Made by a program: the position numbers and the translations under genes. The notes under the pieces are model-generated. The model saw nothing but the letters and a program-made list of their open reading frames with translations, did not search any database and was not told the origin of the DNA. Below are positions 61,801 to 64,000 of a stretch of 64,000 nucleotides of DNA, piece after piece (positions within the stretch are counted from its first letter, which is position 1; the number at the start of each line of letters is the position of its first letter). This DNA comes from Azolla caroliniana (lineage: Eukaryota > Plantae > Polypodiophyta): assembly GCA_043228905.1 (NCBI GenBank), contig JBHGNT010000017.1, positions 9,610,001 through 9,674,000 on the forward strand. Reading direction: 5' to 3'.

Positions 61801-63278
61801 TTACTTTCTGTCTTTGCTGTCATCAAAGTTATGATCTTGCAACCATTTACGATCTTATCCTAGAAGAGTGTTGATTTTGTTCCGCATTAAAAGATGGCAT
61901 TCCCAACAGGTATGCGTCCCTCTCACTCTTAGAGAGACAATGCCACCATCCATACTTTCAAAGAACCATGGACTAAGGGATGGCTCTTCGACTCATTAGT
62001 GACCCCTTCCCTCATGTATGCATCGGTAGTATGGGCTCCAGGTCTACCATCTTTCATGTGGACGCAATTGGCGAGACCTTTGAAGATGATCTTATCACGT
62101 CAACTCTGAAGCAAATCGATAGTACCAGATGACATTATTAGAGCAGAGTTCAGTCAGCCCCTGATGTTAGTAGAAGCACTTTTTCAAGTGGTAGTTTTTA
62201 TTCATCGGATACATAGCCAACCACAAGATAAGATATCATGTCGAGCCTTTGAGGCATCCTGATCCCTACATGCGTCTAGAGACACTAGCTCTTGGTATAG
62301 CACTGTGGTGAGTTGGTTACTTGCAAACGGCATAGACATTAATAACCTACCTCCCTTTAGGTACAACCATGGACTGATCAAACTCTAATATCTCATGAAG
62401 ACCGTAATAAAGTGATACACCAAGAAATATGGCAAATTTACACTCGATATAAATGGATCGCCCCACGAGAGCCACTCCCATCTAAAATGTTGTACTACAA
62501 GGAACATTTCTTGCACTTCTCTAAGTTAGGTTTTATTACACAACCAAGATATCTAGATACATTCTTATCAAATGCACTAAGGGTGGCCATTGGACAACTT
62601 AGGATATCATCTCACCAACTTGAGATTGAGAATGGTCGGGCTAATAGAGTCCCTAGAGAGGAAAGGCTATGTAGGTTATGCCACAGAGATAGAGGATGAG
62701 TATCACTTCACATGCAAGTGCCCAACTTATGCTGATATATGGGAGGAATACTAAGACATATTAGGACCCTCTCCCACCCTCTCCAAACTATTAGATACCC
62801 CGGATGTAAAGAGACTAGGTAGGTATATCTTAGATCTAAAACAACATAGGGAGAATAAATTACAAAGTGTTAACCATAACCCTTTTACTATTCATCAACA
62901 TGTAACTAGTGTAATTTTTCAAGAACAAGGGGAGACGATGAATGGGGATACACTTACGCCGCTCGGCCTCTCTCTTTAGGAAGCAGAAATGCAAAGAACA
63001 ACCAAACGCCCTCGGATGTTGGGCTTCAAAACAAGTCAACACGGAGTAGAAAAGATTAAGAAGATAAGGGAACGTGAGCTACGTCAACTAGAAGCTATGG
63101 TTGGGGTACCTTTTACATTGGGACTACGAGCCACATCCACATCGAAACCCTTTGACCTCGAAGACCTCCTGCTTCTCTTTGAGAGACTTGATGGAAATGC
63201 AATTAGGCCTAGTATAACATCATTTTCATTGTAGAACATGTTTTTTATATAGAACATGTTTGTTATTTTATTAGAACT
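55811..63278 (+). mobile_element. LINE-3: 5'-truncated RTEX-like LINE of a second family, interrupted by copia I
   Basis: LLLYTDDIVLL, NLVKTKVL, YLG, LFDSLVTPSLMYA, LRISSHQLEIENGR..REERLCRLC. Confidence 0.82.
56342..61908 (+). mobile_element. Element I: near full-length degenerate Ty1/copia
   Basis: LTRs 56342-56661 and 61582-61908; PBS TGGTATCAAAGC 56664-56675; gag, CCHC, protease DSGAS, integrase (LVHSDICGP, RSDNGGEF), RT, RNase H; PPT GGGGGAG before 61582. Confidence 0.92.
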
Positions 63279-63299
63279 TGTTGAGAATCAAGCTCAACT
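63279..63299 (+). repeat. First 21 bp of a copia LTR (element B family)
   Basis: TGTTGAGAATCAAGCTCAAC versus TGTTGAGAGACAAGCTCAAC at 3420. Confidence 0.55.
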
Positions 63300-64000
63300 T
63301 GTTACGCGTGTGCGTGTAGAAAGAGGCGGAACCACGGGGGCCTTGAAGCGAGGAGCGAGAGAGAGAGAGAAGAGAAGACTTGCAGATACGCAAAGGGAGA
63401 AGGAAAGAGAAAGGAACGGCACACTTAATTACAGTAACAGTCGATTACAATATCCAAAGATTGCAAAATCTGACGATTACAACCGGCAAGGCGGCGATGG
63501 TCCCGACACGAGGATCCTACTCACGCACACAGACAGAACACACTCGACTCAAAGAAACAAAAAGGGGAGAGCCTCTGCTGGAAGCACACGGGTTGTCAAC
63601 GAAGCAGAGGCATCGAACTCCCGACACCCACAGAGACCGACGATCGGAGGAGAAGAGAGAGCTCGGCACTCCGTTCTGCAGCAGCACTTCATCCTCGCCA
63701 ACGCCCGATACCCTTTCTTCCTTCTCTCCCTCCTTAAATAGTTCAAAAAAAAAAAGGGACCGTTCTTCCCTAGTCAAATCGCTTTATTCCCTGTCCCTTT
63801 CGATAGAGATACGCATCAATCTTCTAATAAATATGTACTACCTAGTATTTACATCAACCGACCTAATTATGAATTATGTCCACAATATCAATTCTCGCGT
63901 CCACCTATGTGAGCGCCGAATCATGCGCCTTTTTCTCTGATTCCGCCTATGGCCGGTTTTCTTCACGACATCCACCCCCACCAAACCGCGCATCCACCGG
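63300..64000 (-). repeat. Probable gypsy LTR running off the right edge
   Basis: Terminus TGTTACGCG resembles the element F LTR end TGTTACYCG; TATTTAA box near 63735-63741 on minus strand; CT-rich U5-like composition. Confidence 0.5.

Noticed and set aside
63256-63940. 161-186 aa ORFs as host genes
   Set aside because: No recognisable domain; low complexity; lie antisense within a probable LTR
1-64000. Many short antisense or alternate-frame ORFs in the track, and any prokaryotic system
   Set aside because: They shadow retroelement coding strands or microsatellites; no host genes, rRNA or operon structure seen

Overview
This window is a gene-free block of nested retrotransposons from a eukaryote. 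The mix of lineages (Tcn1-like chromoviruses, Ylt1/Phygy-like and Athila/Tat-like Ty3/gypsy, tRNA-iMet-primed Ty1/copia, RTEX-like LINEs) suggests a non-seed land plant such as a bryophyte, lycophyte or fern; this is inference. About 18 element pieces can be resolved from LTR termini, PBS, PPT and target-site duplications (TSDs). Only one element (G, 36721-43448) has intact ORFs. Main observations: (1) ten LTR copies from six gypsy families carry an antisense tRNA-type Pol III A-box/B-box cassette in U3 with 43-44 nt spacing; (2) element F has an 87-nt tRNA-like fold ending in CCA, complementary to its own PBS, where the PPT and start of the 3' LTR should be; (3) element G has a G_GAU_UUU slippery site plus an H-type pseudoknot placed after the protease; (4) the chromovirus LTRs show Tf1-type self-priming complementarity and heat-shock-element arrays; (5) rearrangement scars include a ~206-bp flanking duplication, an LTR-containing inversion and a 5.1-kb duplication. 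All coordinates and counts were read by eye and may be off by a few bases; family names come from motif recognition, not database searches.
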